A stretch of DNA of 64,000 bases from Callorhinchus milii (lineage: Eukaryota). The stretch lies in contig NW_024704743.1 of the NCBI RefSeq assembly GCF_018977255.1, positions 78,184,001-78,248,000 on the forward strand, read 5' to 3'. Of the stretch, positions 24,720 through 37,898 are shown in pieces. Made by a program: the position numbers and the translations under genes. The notes under the pieces are model-generated. The model saw nothing but the letters and a program-made list of their open reading frames with translations, was not told the origin of the DNA and ran no database searches. Every line of letters starts with the position of its first letter. The first letter of the stretch is position 1.

Positions 24720-25476
24720 AGGGGGGAGGGCAGAGGCGGAAGCAGGGAGATCGAAAACATGGTCGAAGAGGAGGGTCTTAAGGTGGGTTTTGAAGGTGAC
24801 GAGGAAGGGAGCAAGATGGAGGGACTGCGGGATGGAGTTCCAGAGAGTGGGTGCAGAGTGACAGAAGGCCTACCCGCCAATAGTGGGGCGAGCGAGGCAA
24901 ACAGGGTGGTAGGGGGTTAGGATGTCGGAGAGGTAGGGGGGAGCAAGACCGTGGAGGACTTTGAAGGTGAAGACCAGGATCTTGAACTGTATCCTCTGTG
25001 TGATGGGAAGCCAGTGGAGTTGGGCAAGGATGGGGGTGATAGGGTCGTGGAGCCTAGTGCGGGAGAGAACCAGGGCTGCAGAGTTCTGGATGATCTGCAG
25101 CCTGTGGAGGGAGGAGTTGGAGAGACCGACAAGCAGTGAGTTTGCATAGTCGAGCCTCGATGTAATGAAGTATGAGGGTTTTGGCGGCCTGCGGTGTGAG
25201 ACAGTGTCAGAGCCGGGCGAAGTTGCGGAGGTGGGGGAAGGCAGAGCGGGTCATGGCGCAGACGTGGGGTAGAAAGGATAGTTGAGGGTCAAACAAGACC
25301 CCAAGGCTCTGGACTGGCTTAGCAAGGTGAGGTGAGGAGATGCTGATGGGAGCCAATCAGGAAAGCCTTGGTCTTGTTGACGTTCAACTGAAGAAAATTA
25401 GCTCTCGTTCAGGACTTGATGTCTGACAGAGTCAAGGGTGGAGGCAGAGAGGTAGAGTTGGGTGTCATCCGCATAC
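24720..25476 (-). mobile_element. L2 LINE fragment (RT YADD to 3' UTR, with internal deletions)
   Basis: Reverse complement begins gtatgcggatgacacccaactctacctc (YADDTQLYL) and is highly similar to the L2 at 39585-40692. Confidence 0.9.
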
Positions 25477-26337
25477 AAAAACAATCTTTGAGCAACGAAC
25501 ATGGAAGCTGCATGCTTAGAAGGAAACATATAATGAAAATGCCCACACTATCTTCCATTGAAATACCTTGTGGATCAGATAATCGGTGGCCATATCTTTA
25601 GCCACTGTGCTCCTAACCTCTGGTACTCCCTGTCTCAAGCTCTTTGCCTCACCCTCTTTATCTACTTTTAAATCCCACCGTAAGACCTACCTCTTCGACC
25701 ATGCCTAAGGTCACCTCCACCTCCTCCCCTGTTGCCGTCCAACCCAGACACTGTGCAGTGCTCGAAGACGTTACTCTGTGTGAAGGGCACCATGTAATTT
25801 CAAGTTGTTGTGTCTACCACTTTTCTTCCCCTATTTGCAGCAGATACATTTATTGAGGTTGAATGAAAGATTTTCAACCAACATATGTATACACTGGAAC
25901 TATCATCTTACCAACCACAATCATACCAAGTGCAGAACCCAAAGGGGATTATGGTTGTGCATAGCAAATTGAATGTGATAACCGTTTGTAGCTGTAATAC
26001 AGACTGTACTCTATGGAACAAGTTATTAGGAGTATTACATGAATTAGACCATCCACATCATTATGGTACTGAGTTTGAACATCGCTCTCGTACCAGACCA
26101 GACATTTATAAATAACTTCAGTTGCTTGACGATCCGAGTAAACACATGGATTCTCAGGTTAATTTCCAACTGAAGTAAGTCACAGCGTAAAGAGATCAGC
26201 CAATTCCCTCCAATGTAAAAACTTTACTCTAATTTACCACCATTTGAGTACAGCAGTTGGAACCAAATGCTCCAACTTGAAAATCGGAAGACAATGAAAG
26301 GCTGAACCCGCTCTCTCTCCTAGCTGTTCTCATTTAC

Positions 26338-26532
26338 CAGTTAAACTTGTGGTTCTGGGTGCCTCTTGAGCCGGTGTAGATTTGGTACGGCCTTGCTGCC
26401 TGCGTTTGTTTGCTGATCGTGTTGTCCGAATATGCACCTCACTGACCTTGAAGAAGACCACCATGAAGGGCTGCTTGTCATGGGGCCCGTGCTGTCCTAT
26501 CAGACCGGCCAGTTTGGGGTCGACACTTTGAC
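26338..26532 (-). CDS. BMP6: BMP6 coding exon 4 with furin site RTTR/SA (26417-26428)
   Basis: tgcag acceptor, gtaaat donor. [65 protein letters not shown]. The [18 protein letters not shown] segment is BMP6-specific among BMP5/6/7/8. Confidence 0.95.
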
Positions 26533-26714
26533 CTGCAACAATATGAGAAAGGTAAGTAAGTCTCAAAGTGTTACATTGGTTTCTGTTGATCTCTGGCTTG
26601 TACAGAGTGTTTGGTGGCTCACGTGGCAGTCATGTTATTCCATAACTCAGAATAATTGCCTTTGAAACACTTTAACATTGAAGACAATTTACAGAGAGTA
26701 GTTAAGATCAAATA

Positions 26715-27900
26715 TCGTATCGTAGAATCATACAGCACAGAAGGGGGCCATTCGGTCCATCGTGTCTGTGCCAGCTCTTTGAAAAAAGCTATCCGATTCA
26801 ATCCCACTCCTCCGCGCTCTCCCCACAGCCCTGCAAACTTGTCCTCCCCAAATAATTATCTACTTCTCTCTTAAAAGCTGTTATCGAATTGGCTTCCACC
26901 AACCTTTCAGGTAATGCATTCCAGTTCCGAACAACTCACTGCGTAAAAAAANTTTCTCCTCACCTCCGTTTCTTTTAACAAATATTTTAAATCAATGTCC
27001 TCGGGTTACCGACCCACCCGCCAGTGGAAATAGTTTCTCCTTGTTCACCCTATCGAATCCCCTCATAATTTTGAAAACTTCTATTAAGTTCCCTCTTAAC
27101 CTTCTTTGCTCCAAGGAGAATAATCCTAGCTTCTCTAGCCTCTCCTGATAACTGAAGTCCCTCATTCCTGGTACCATCCTGGTAAATCTCCTTTGCACCT
27201 TCTCCAATGCCTTGACATCATTCCTAAAGTGTGGTGCCCAGAACTGAACACAGTACTCTAGCTGAGGCCTAACCAATGTTTTATAAAGGTTTACCATAAC
27301 ATTCTGACCACGACTTCTGGATGTTTCCCTGTAGAACGTTTTGCACCCGTTCCGTGATGTCTTCAACCCTGGCTCCAGGGAGGCAACATAATATGTGAAA
27401 GTCATGTCTTTGGTTGCAGAAACACCTGTCTACTCCTTCACCATTGCGTCGCCAATGACAATTGCATTGACACTCTTCGTTGTGTCCCTCTGTGCATCCA
27501 TTTGCTTTCGACTCCCCTCCCCAGAGGTGTCATCACCCGGACCGGTATTCAGTGCAGAAAACCAGTTTGTGAGTGCCACACTCTCAAGGGAATTCTGCAC
27601 TGCCCATCCCCTCTTCCTTCCATGCCAGGTGGTCACCAACTCACTATCCTGAACCCTCTGTGGTTGTGGGGTGAACACCTCCTGAAATATTAGATCCATG
27701 AACTCTTCAGCCTCCCATATCCTATGTAGTGACACCAGCCTCTTCTCAGGCTCAGAAACTCTAGAGCTCAATCTTGAGCAGCCGGAGGCACTTCCTGCAC
27801 ACGTGTCTGTCCAGGGCGCGCAAAGCATCCTGGAGTTCCCACATGGCACACATTGTGCATTCAACCGGTCTCAGCTGCCTTGCCATATTTCCAGCCATTT
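26715..27900 (-). mobile_element. CR1 LINE with ORF1 segment joined to the ORF2 3' end (internally deleted or composite)
   Basis: ORF1 esterase-like motifs AIVIGDAMVK and CCLPGARVEDITERV are followed directly by RT C-terminus VMVNLYKTLVRPQLEYCVQFWAP...LEQRRLRG and a CR1 tail. Confidence 0.85.
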
Positions 27901-28589
27901 TTTATATAACTTAGATTTTATAATTATGCACGAAATTCGTTAACAGAATTCTTACTCTGTGATCCAGCATGAATTCATGTAACTTAACAACAATCTAATT
28001 GTTTACACCGAGAGGTTTTTCTTTGGTCGGGTATCATTTTCTGCTCCATCACTCTGTCTCAAATACATTCTTGATGACAGGATGCTCTGTTGGACTAACT
28101 GGGGAAAGCACTGTAAGGAACTTAGATCAAATGTGTTAAGTTCTCTTATTTTACACAGAGGAGGAGAGAACAGTTGCAATTAGCAAGAGGTACGATGCAA
28201 TTGACCATGGTGATCTGGGTTTAAGGAGGGAAAACTAGGTTTCCCATTTCTGACCCCTGATATTGGGTTGAGGATCAACAGGCTTGGTTGTGATATTCTC
28301 ATAGCGGATTAGCCCGATACCAATACTCAGTGGCTCGATGGACACATGGGTGATGACCATGTGGGAGAGGTTTTGGAGAGCATTCTTGGAATGGGACCCA
28401 ATCAATGTTCAGAAGAAGAAATGAAAAGGGAAAAATCGGAGAAGAGTGATCGATTTGCTGCCTTCTGGCATTTTCCATTTCTTCTGAGGGAATACTGTAG
28501 TTTGATTTGAAATTATACCATTTACAGTCTTAAGAGAAATCAGCATTACTACATAAGCAGGAAAATGTCAATGTAATTTTTTGGAATTT

Positions 28590-29082
28590 TTTTAAAGAGG
28601 GTACAGGAGCAGAGAGACCAACGAGTTCACATACACAGGTCTTTGAAGATGGCAGGACAGATTGACAGAGCTGTTAAAAAAAGCATATGGGATCCATGGC
28701 GTTATAAATCGAGACAGAGTACAAAAGCAAGGAAGTTCTGCTAAACCTTTATAAATTACTGGTTAGGCCTCAGCTGGAGTATTGTGTCCCAATTCTAGGC
28801 ACCGCACTTTAGGAAGGATATCAAGGCCTTGGAGAGGGTGCAAGGAGATTTACTAGAATGGTAGCAGGGATGAGGGACTTTAGTTATGTGGAGAGATGAG
28901 AGAAGCTGGGATTATTTTCCTTGTAGCAGAGAAGGTTAAGGGGAGATCTAACAGAGGTGTTCAGAGGGTGTTGATATAGTAGATAGGGACAAACTGTTTC
29001 CACTGGCAAATGGGTCAGTAACCAGGATACATAGATTCAAGATAATTGGCAAAAGAACCAGAGGGGAGATGAGTTTTTTTTA

Positions 29083-29114
<32 letters not shown>

Positions 29115-29117
29115 CAT

Positions 29118-29148
<31 letters not shown>

Positions 29149-29460
29149 CACACACACATATATATATATACACACACACACATATATATATATATACACA
29201 CACACATATATATATATATATACACACATACACACACAGAGAATTGTTACGGTTTGGAATGCACTACCTGAAAGGCTGGTGGAAACAATCTCAATAACAA
29301 CTTTCAAAAGGAAATTGGATAGATACTTGAACAGCAAACATTTACAATGATATGGGAAAAGGCAGGGGAGTGGGACTGATTGTGTAGCTCTTCCAAAGAG
29401 TCAATGCAGGCATGATGGGTCGAATGGCCTCCTCCTGTGCTGTAATATTCTATGATTCTA
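28590..29460 (+). mobile_element. CR1 LINE 3' fragment interrupted by a microsatellite
   Basis: 'ggttaggcctcagctggagtattgtgtcc' (RPQLEYCV), [12 protein letters not shown], and tail 'gatgggtcgaatggcctcctcctgtgctgtaatattctatgattct'. Confidence 0.9.
29082..29237. repeat. Compound (TG)/(TA)n(CA)m microsatellite
   Basis: Alternating TA and CA blocks read directly from the sequence. Confidence 0.98.
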
Positions 29461-29842
29461 AAGACAATTTCAGTATCCGAGTAGCTTTAAAGATAAAAGC
29501 GTATTCTTCCTTTGTTTGACAAGTTTAAAGAACAATCCAACTGTCCATGGTAAATGAGCAGGACCACAAACAAGCAACTTGCAATCTCTGGAAAGTTATT
29601 ACACTTTCCCCATAGGAAAATGATCCCCATTGATGATGTTTAAAATGCTACAAGACACTATTCTGCATAAAGGGTGCTACATAAATCCAAGTTGTTGGTG
29701 TTTTATACATTTTCTATCAAGAATACAACCCATAGATATGGCACAAGACATAATGGGTTCAGTGATGACCTCTCCCCTCCTGCGCAGAACATTTCTATGT
29801 GGGGTATATGGTTATATTTTAAAGACTCTTACATTCCTCGAC

Positions 29843-30188
29843 GGGCTCAGTTGACAGCACTTTTATCAGAAGGACATGGGCTAAACTCACACAGTCTATG
29901 CTGACAATCCTATGCAGTGCTGGGGGGTGCTGCATTGCTGGAGTTGTCAAGCCTTTGATGAGTCATTAAACCAAGGCCCCACCTGCTTGTTAAGGATCCC
30001 ATGGCATTATCTGAAAAGAGAAGGGAGTTTCTAGTGGTATCCTGGCTAATACTTGCTCAAATAAAATTGCCCATTTGCTTCATGGCTATGTGTGGGACAT
30101 GGTGGTGTGCAAATTGGCTGCCATGTTTGCCTACACTTTAGATGTCCTCCCAAGGTGAAAGTTGCTATATCAAATGTAGGTATTATTT
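29843..30188 (+). mobile_element. DeuSINE-like copy
   Basis: 'gtgctgcattgctggag...attaaaccaaggccccacctgc...ggatcccatggcattat...gtgtgcaaattggctgcc'. Confidence 0.75.
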
Positions 30189-33100
30189 TTCTATAGACGA
30201 TAACTACATGCACTGTTCAGTTCAGACAGGGGAGATCCTTTTAATAGAGTGAGAATACTTTAAAACATGGGAGAGTTCTGTCTAGACATAGGTGATGTGG
30301 CCGTTATGAAAAAAAGGAAAATATTTGACTGCACAAAAATAGTTCTGACTAAGTCATTACACATAAAGCCATGGACAATTCAGATCATTGCTTGCGTTCC
30401 AACTTGTGATCTCACAAGGTGTGAGCAATTGCTCCATTAGAGGACCAAAGTATATTTCACAACAGAGCAAATTAGTTTCAGCAAATACTGGAGGGGGTGG
30501 GGGAAAAGGAAGAGAAGGAAAGACACAAGGCGATCCTAAGCGGTTGGGAAGGTTGAGAGGTCAGGTCGAAGAGCTGCATGGTAGCTGAACTTACTTGGCC
30601 TAATTGAGCAACTTGTCAGCCATGATATTATGTGAAGCGCCACGATGGATCGAAAGCATGTTGCTAGGAGCCACATTACAACACTCTGATATTATTTGGA
30701 TAGCTGCAATGTCTGGATACAATTATGCCACTGTCCTGACTGTCAGTTGCCAACATTTAGGTTTAGCACCTGCTGCTTTATGCATCTCCCTCCCACTTAT
30801 TTGTTATATATAAGCAAGTTAAAAACAGCACATTGTGCACACAATAAAAAATATTTTACAGCTTAAAAGGTTGCACCATTATTCTTTAACTTTTTTTTCA
30901 AAAAAGTGTTCACTTCACTGATGGCTTTGTTCTTGCCACATATGGTTCAATGAGCAACAATTACGACTGGTGGGTTAAGTGATTCAGACAAATCGGATGC
31001 CTACAACAGGCCATGTCAGTGGGAGTCTCTGACTATGTTCTTATTTAGGTTCCTTGGCCAAGGGAGCAGCCAGGTAACTTGCTGTCAGACCACCACTAAT
31101 TCCATTGACTTTAATTCTAACTTTCTTTTGCAGAGTTTTGTAAAGAATATTTTTATGTTACTACCTGGTCCCCAACAGCACTGCAAGAGAGCTGAAAACT
31201 AGTACACAGTTCTAAAGCTGAAGTACTCTTAGAGAAAGAACAAACTTCATTTTATAACACTTTATCATGATGCCTCTAAGGCTCTTCACAGGGAATCACT
31301 GTCTAGTTTAGTTACTGCTTTTTTCAGGCAAGCACATCAGCCATTTGCATCAGGAAACTCCTACAAACAGCTGTGTGGTGAAAGACCAATTTATCAGGAT
31401 GATTGTTAAACCAGGAGAAATTCCCTTCTCTTTTGCAATGCGAGCTCAACAACTTTACATTGTGTATTGCTCAATTTCTAAAGCTGTACGAGTATAATGT
31501 AATTAGTGCAGATGAAACTTAAGAATAATTTATGGAAATAGCAAATTAAAATAATCCTTGGCTTCACTAGTGTTTTTCACAATGGGAGGATGTCTCACAG
31601 GATTTTACTGTAAAGTGTAGCGGCTGTGTTTTGCAGGTGAAAAACAAAACCAACAGAAAGACAATATATGTGCTGTAAACAGAAAAGGAGAGTGTCAGTG
31701 AAAGGAAGACAGTATGTGTGCTGGTCTAACATACATAATAAAGATTAAACTTGAATTGATCATCAGCGACTTGATTTCATGAGTATCCCCAAAGTATTTC
31801 ACCATCAACTAGCATCTGATTAATGTTCACCAGTGTCCCTCAGAGCACTAGACAGCAGACTGGATTTGGTATTACTAGACAGTCGATTCTAAACATTCCC
31901 TCCCCACTAAAAAAACCCACTAGAATGCCAGCACTCAATATTTTTGAGTCTAGTAAAGTGGATGTTAATGTTTTTTTTGATGAAGAAAGTTTCTATTCTA
32001 GATATTGTCAAAAAACTCTGATTGTCCAGCACTCTGGGACGTCTTTCCGACGTGAAGGGTGATATACAAGTGTATTTTTTGTTGTTTATTTCCTCTTTTA
32101 GGAGCTCATACTGTATAAATTTGGTTTACAGCCATTTGTGGGGGAAGGAAAAAATCTTAAGGAGTCACTGGAATTCTTATCTTGAAAATTTTCTACAGCG
32201 AGAATCTGTTAGTAACAAATAATTTTTTTATATATAAAACTAAATCACAAGTTATTGGAGTACTAGGACATGATGTTTAATTTAACTTCTTTCAAGGTCT
32301 CATTCAAAAACTGCAATCCTGGCAATGTTTGGGGGAAAGTCAGCCAATAAGCCAATTTTACTAGAACGATTGCAATTTAAAAAAAAAACATTGTTCATAC
32401 TGGGTCTGGGCATCAAATCAGTATGGTTTTAATTATTTTATCAGCATGTACATGTTCTTTCAATTCTTGAATTGATTTTCTGGCTCACTTTGACAAACAC
32501 ATTGCGCGGTTTATGAAGCACCATCTGCACCAAGACATCAACTTGGAGAGAACACTTCACTGAAAATGAAACCATTCATTGTTGATTGAAAGGTTGACCT
32601 GTTGTCTAAATATTGATATTGATAGGCTGATTCCACTTGTTGGCGAGTCCAACACGAAGGGACACAAGTATCAGATAACCACTATAATACATCTAAAAGG
32701 GAGTTTAGGAGGAAATTCTTGTGAAATGCAGCCGATTCTCTGGCTGAAGCAAAAAGTATCAATATATTTAAGAGTCTTGATGTGTACATGAGGTAGAAGA
32801 GAGTATAGGAGAGGAATACAAAGGATGGGAGCTTGAAATAATTAGGCCAATCGTCTGTTCCGGTACAGTATCATTCTATGTAATTCACCCACAAAATATA
32901 CAGTCAATCCATTTTACAATATATTCTGTGAAGTCCTTCGAGACGTCTCATTGATGTGATAACGCGCAATATCAAATGCAAGGATTATTATGCTAAGCTT
33001 GTAAGTGTGGTCAAACTTAAAAAAAGAACTGTTCTGGGCAGGCATTTGGGCTCTGCATTGTTAGATATACCATCCTTCAGATGAAATGTTAAACCAAGGC

Positions 33101-33396
33101 CTTGTCTGCCTGTTTAGGGGATATTAAATATCCCAAAGCGCTTTGAGACATTTTTCAATGATAAGGCGCTATATCAAATGGAAGGATAAGTATTATTGTT
33201 GCAGCGAACAATTTACCTTGTACTGTGCAATATCTTACCATTTCTCTCTAGAATTCTTTACATGCTCATCTTTCTTCTTTTGTATAAAGATTGATATGAA
33301 TATTTCATTAGCTGGTTCACTCAGTTTTAAATATCTCCTACAATTGTTTTTACATTGTATAAATATATATGTATATATAAAAATGTGATATAAACA

Positions 33397-35648
33397 GGTG
33401 TACCACAATAATAAACCTCAAACAAGCAGTGGTCGGTTTCGGGCCTTTGCAATTTTTAACATTTACATGTTTGAGCACAACCTAAGTGTATGATGAGCAT
33501 ATAATACAGGCTACAAGTGAAGAGTGCAAACCCTAGCCAATTACCCCCCCCACAAACCAAAGCCCTAAGGTCAGTTGTAACCTGCTAGTGTTGCTTCGAC
33601 TGAGATCAACTAACTCAGAACAAGTGAGGGATTGAACAAGACAGCTCAATGGTCTGTACGGCTCACTCACTGGATAAACCCACCTAGCGGTCAGGCAGGC
33701 AGCCTTTGTCTTGTTAAGAGTTTTCCTCATGTGCACAAACAATATTTGGGCTCAGGACTTTGGATAGTTTCCATTTCAGATGAGAGCAGGAAAGATGAGT
33801 TCAGAGGCGGATAGATTTCAGACAGAGACTTCGCAGGAAGTCGAGATACAGTCTACTGTGCATTGCTCTATCCTCTGCCAAAAGTTGTCCAGTGACTTCA
33901 TCTATTTACATTACCACCATCAAGACATTGCACTGTTCTCAATGCTCAGGCTACCAGCAGGTGTGTCTGTTCAGGCAGCAAGCACTAAGTGAGGCTTAAA
34001 TGTCCATTACCTCAGTTCTGCACACAGAAACTTTCATCAGTAAACACTCCTGAGATACTGATAACCTCAAGTCTACTCAAGTTTAATACATTCTTACACA
34101 GAGAAACTTTAATCATACCTTTCAATCAGTGACAGGAAATGTTGTGCTTCTGACTTTCAGATGGGTACTGAAAGGATGGAGAGAAATAGAGTGCGAGAGA
34201 GAGAGAGGTACTGTGGTGAGGTGGGGAGAGAATTGTTCACCATTGTATGGTACTTCTGTGACACTACAACTCTCAGTGAAAGTTTTTAGTTCGTACCCAT
34301 ATTTTATTTTATGTGATAATTTGATGCGGTTCTATATCCATAAAGGGCCAGATACAATTAGTAGGATCATCGGGTTCTCCACTGTGATAGCACAGATCAG
34401 GGATTGAACCTGGAATATTTCTGGTTGTTTCAATATGATTTATATCAGCAGTAGCTCCATCAACTCAGGCATCAAGTGACCTGAGAATCTTAACATGGAA
34501 CATTATTCCTTTGATAGTTTGGTCATCTAGGAGAAGCTAATTTGAAGTCTTCGATCCCCTTAATAATTAGAGTTGTGCTACAAACAAAATTATCATGAGG
34601 CTAAATTATACCTACTAGTGTTTACCAGTAGAATAAAGGTGTTCTATTAGTTCGGCTGCCAGACCTTCATACTGTTTTACATACATATAAACTACCGATT
34701 TTAAAGAGACACTACTTACCTTCCATCCTGCTTCATAAATGGGCTCTCTTTCTATTGTGTGTCATACTGACCACATCCAATGCAAAGTCTCATTAATTCT
34801 GGAAACTTTGGGAAAGCAATCTGCCAGTGGCTTTGAAGATGGTGGGTTGGATACTTTGCCAGACAAGCTGAGGAATGTCAATACTCAAACACTGTAGTTA
34901 TTTTTATCATAATTTTATGAAGAATGGATTCATAAAATATGTTCATACTTACAAGTACTTCAGGAGTTTGTTTTACTGATGAAAGCTTGTGTGTGTACAG
35001 AATTGAGTTAATGGACACTTAAGCCTCACTTGCTATTGCCTGAACAGACCCACCTGCCGATAGACTGAGCAATGGGGACAGTTCAATGTCTTCAAGATGG
35101 TAATGTAAACAGATGAGCATGAGTCACATGAATAACTTTACGTTAGGATTGAGGATAGAGCAATGCACAGTAGACTGTATCTAGACTTCCTGCGAAGTCG
35201 TTGTCTGAATTCTATCCGCCTCTGAACTCATCTTTCCTGCTATCATCTGAAATGGAAACCATCCAAAGCCCTGAGCCCAAGCATTGTTTGTGTACATGAG
35301 GAAACCTCTGCTAAACAGATAATGCTAGCAGGACATAGACAGCCTGCCTGACCACACAGTGGGTTTATCCAGTGAGTAGCTGAGCTATACAGACTAGGAA
35401 CTATCTGGTCAAATCCCTCATCTAATCTCAGGCAAAGCAGCACTCGGCAGGTTACAGCTGACCTTTGGGTTAGTGACGGGGATATAAAATATATCAGCCA
35501 GGATTTCTATTCCTGAACTGTTTTCCATATGATATGTTTATCACAAGCTTCTGTTGTGCTCAAACATGTGATTGGTAAAGATTAAAAATGGCAAGGACTC
35601 TAGACCGATCACAGCTTTCTAGTTTGAGTTTTATTGGATACTATACCT
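33397..35648. repeat. Large inverted repeat: arms about 33397-34059 and 34955-35648, spacer about 0.9 kb
   Basis: Arms are colinear reverse complements. Core 33722-33875 versus 35151-35304 has about 10 mismatches in 154 nt and no gaps (hand alignment). Confidence 0.95.
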
Positions 35649-37898
35649 TCTTAATTCACTATTTCTTTGCAATACATGTTTATTTACAGCGAGAAAATAC
35701 CAAATAGTCAAAACCACGTGAGCGCACCATGTTTTTATTTAAATGTTTTAAAAAACAATGAGCTTCAGGCATCATGTACAGATACTATTTGCACTCTAAA
35801 TGGCCAGCTCGCTCTATAAACCACAGTATAAAATCATTCCAGACAGACCTAAGGCATTTTGTCCTTTGCAGGAACGTAGCACCAGCTGCAATTTAGATGG
35901 GCAATAGTAGATCTGCTTTGATAAGCCACATAGCAAATATTAAGAATAATGAAGCACATCTTTTCCCAGCAGCATTAAGATACCAGATCTTCCTTTTTTT
36001 ACATTAATATAAATTCTGGTGAACTGGAGGATGAAAGGTGGGAGTGGGGGAAGAGAGAAAATAAATTAATTATATAGACAAGAGAGCAATGCAAAGACTC
36101 GCAGTCATTTCTCATCTTTGATGAAGATGATCAGTCCCTATACCATCAGAAATAGATTTTATAATCTTTGAAGCAACAACCCGTCACTGGCCAATATTAT
36201 GATCAAGCCGAGTGTACTCGCTCTCTACAAATTGACTATGTCTTCAGTGCTGGTAAGTCAGTAATCTTTTGAATATCTGTATTAAAGGTCCAGAACTTGT
36301 TCTTCCTGCTCAGATGGGAATGGAAAATAATTTCCAATTTATGTAATACCTTTCCTATTAAATTAAACATCTAAACACTTTATAGAACAATATTAGAAAT
36401 GAGTCATGATTTGGTCAAACTTAACAGCTAATCTACTCCAGCAAACTCCAATATTGGCCTTATCTCATCTTTGAGATGCCTCAAAGCACTTCACAGAATA
36501 TACTGTAAAGTGAATTGACTGCATACCTTGTGGGCAAAGCGCTGTCTATTAGGTATGTTTCCTAACAGGTGAACAGCCACCAGGATCAATGTTGAAGGTC
36601 AGTGGTTGCATCTACTATACCAACAAAGCAAATCTTTCCACAACCAAGAAACTTTTATATTCTACATTTATACACATTAGTTAAGATGTGGAGTAGAGTA
36701 TTTGGACTGTGCATCAGTAGTTGAAACTACAGTCTGGTGTCAGAGATAAATGAACTCTTCTGATTGAAGCATCAAATGTAAGAAAGTTTTGGCCTCGTGC
36801 CTTGTGAACTAGCTGGACAGATGGCACCAATGTAGGACCTGTGAAACTTTCTGTAGATGGGATACTGGGTCTGATAAAAGTCTGGAATCTAGATGATGTT
36901 TCTTCAGGGACATTCAGAGTTTAGCACAAATTTCTGGCATTAGAGAAAAAGCACCTTAAGGACCAACCAACAGGAGGTAATGGCTCACGAGTTAGTAAAG
37001 AGTGAAGCAATAAACTTCAAAAGGGAGCCAAAATCCAAAGGTAGAGTGCCTTTGTACAATTACTCAAATTAACATTTTTCCTTTAAGGATGAACCCAGGA
37101 CTTGCCTCCTCCCTCACCACATTACTCCACAACTAATTTCAAGGAGACATCAGCATGGATTTAGTGGGGGAGCAAGAGCTTTGGCTGAGAGCCAATCTGA
37201 AACTGTCCAACACCAAGAAAGCTCAGTAGAGCCTGAGCATTGGTCTATAGATTTTTTTTCTATTTCCAGTGGGAGCACTTTGGACGAAAACTTCTCCTTT
37301 AGATGCAAGTTCCCCTTTAATGGTTTGAGACTACGCCAAAGGGCAGCATGCATTGGCAACATGTGCCAACCATCTGGAACTATAAAACCTTGATTGTTCT
37401 GCTTGATGCCTATGTGGAACCAAACACGTTTTAGGTCTATGGCTTGTGTCCCATGGGCATAGTGCCCTAATGATCATATAAGCAGTGTTTTTTTTAAGTG
37501 TTTTCCTGAAACTATTAGTCTTTCAAGCCACAGCAGTGTAGGAACATAACTTACTTTTTCTCAGCCTCACAGCACTGACTCTTGCAACTCCTGCTAAATG
37601 TACATCAGGTAATCGAGGAGGAAGAATCTCCACTATGCTGCCAATGCCCTATATTCCCCAATTACTCAGTGGATAAATACACTGCAATGCTGTAATGAGC
37701 AATAAAGATGAGAAATATCCCAGGTTCAAACTCTGGTCTGAACAGTATATGCAAATTGTAACCCAGAGTATCAATGGGGGGAAAATTACAATACACCTTG
37801 CTGTCCCAAGCCTAAGGAAGAGGAGAAGAGCAAAAGTTCAGGGCTCCCATAGGAGCATAGAAATATACAGCATAGAAGGAGGCCATTGGGCCCATCGT

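Noticed and set aside
26952..26952. Single N base
   Set aside because: Assembly ambiguity next to a poly-A run inside a CR1. Not biological.
29015..29350. Cluster of ORFs rich in Y/I/H/T/C/V
   Set aside because: Translation artefacts of the TA/CA microsatellite.
33632..33992. Short ORFs inside the inverted-repeat arms
   Set aside because: The 33780 reading frame has a stop at the matching position in the other arm, and none of the peptides is recognisable.
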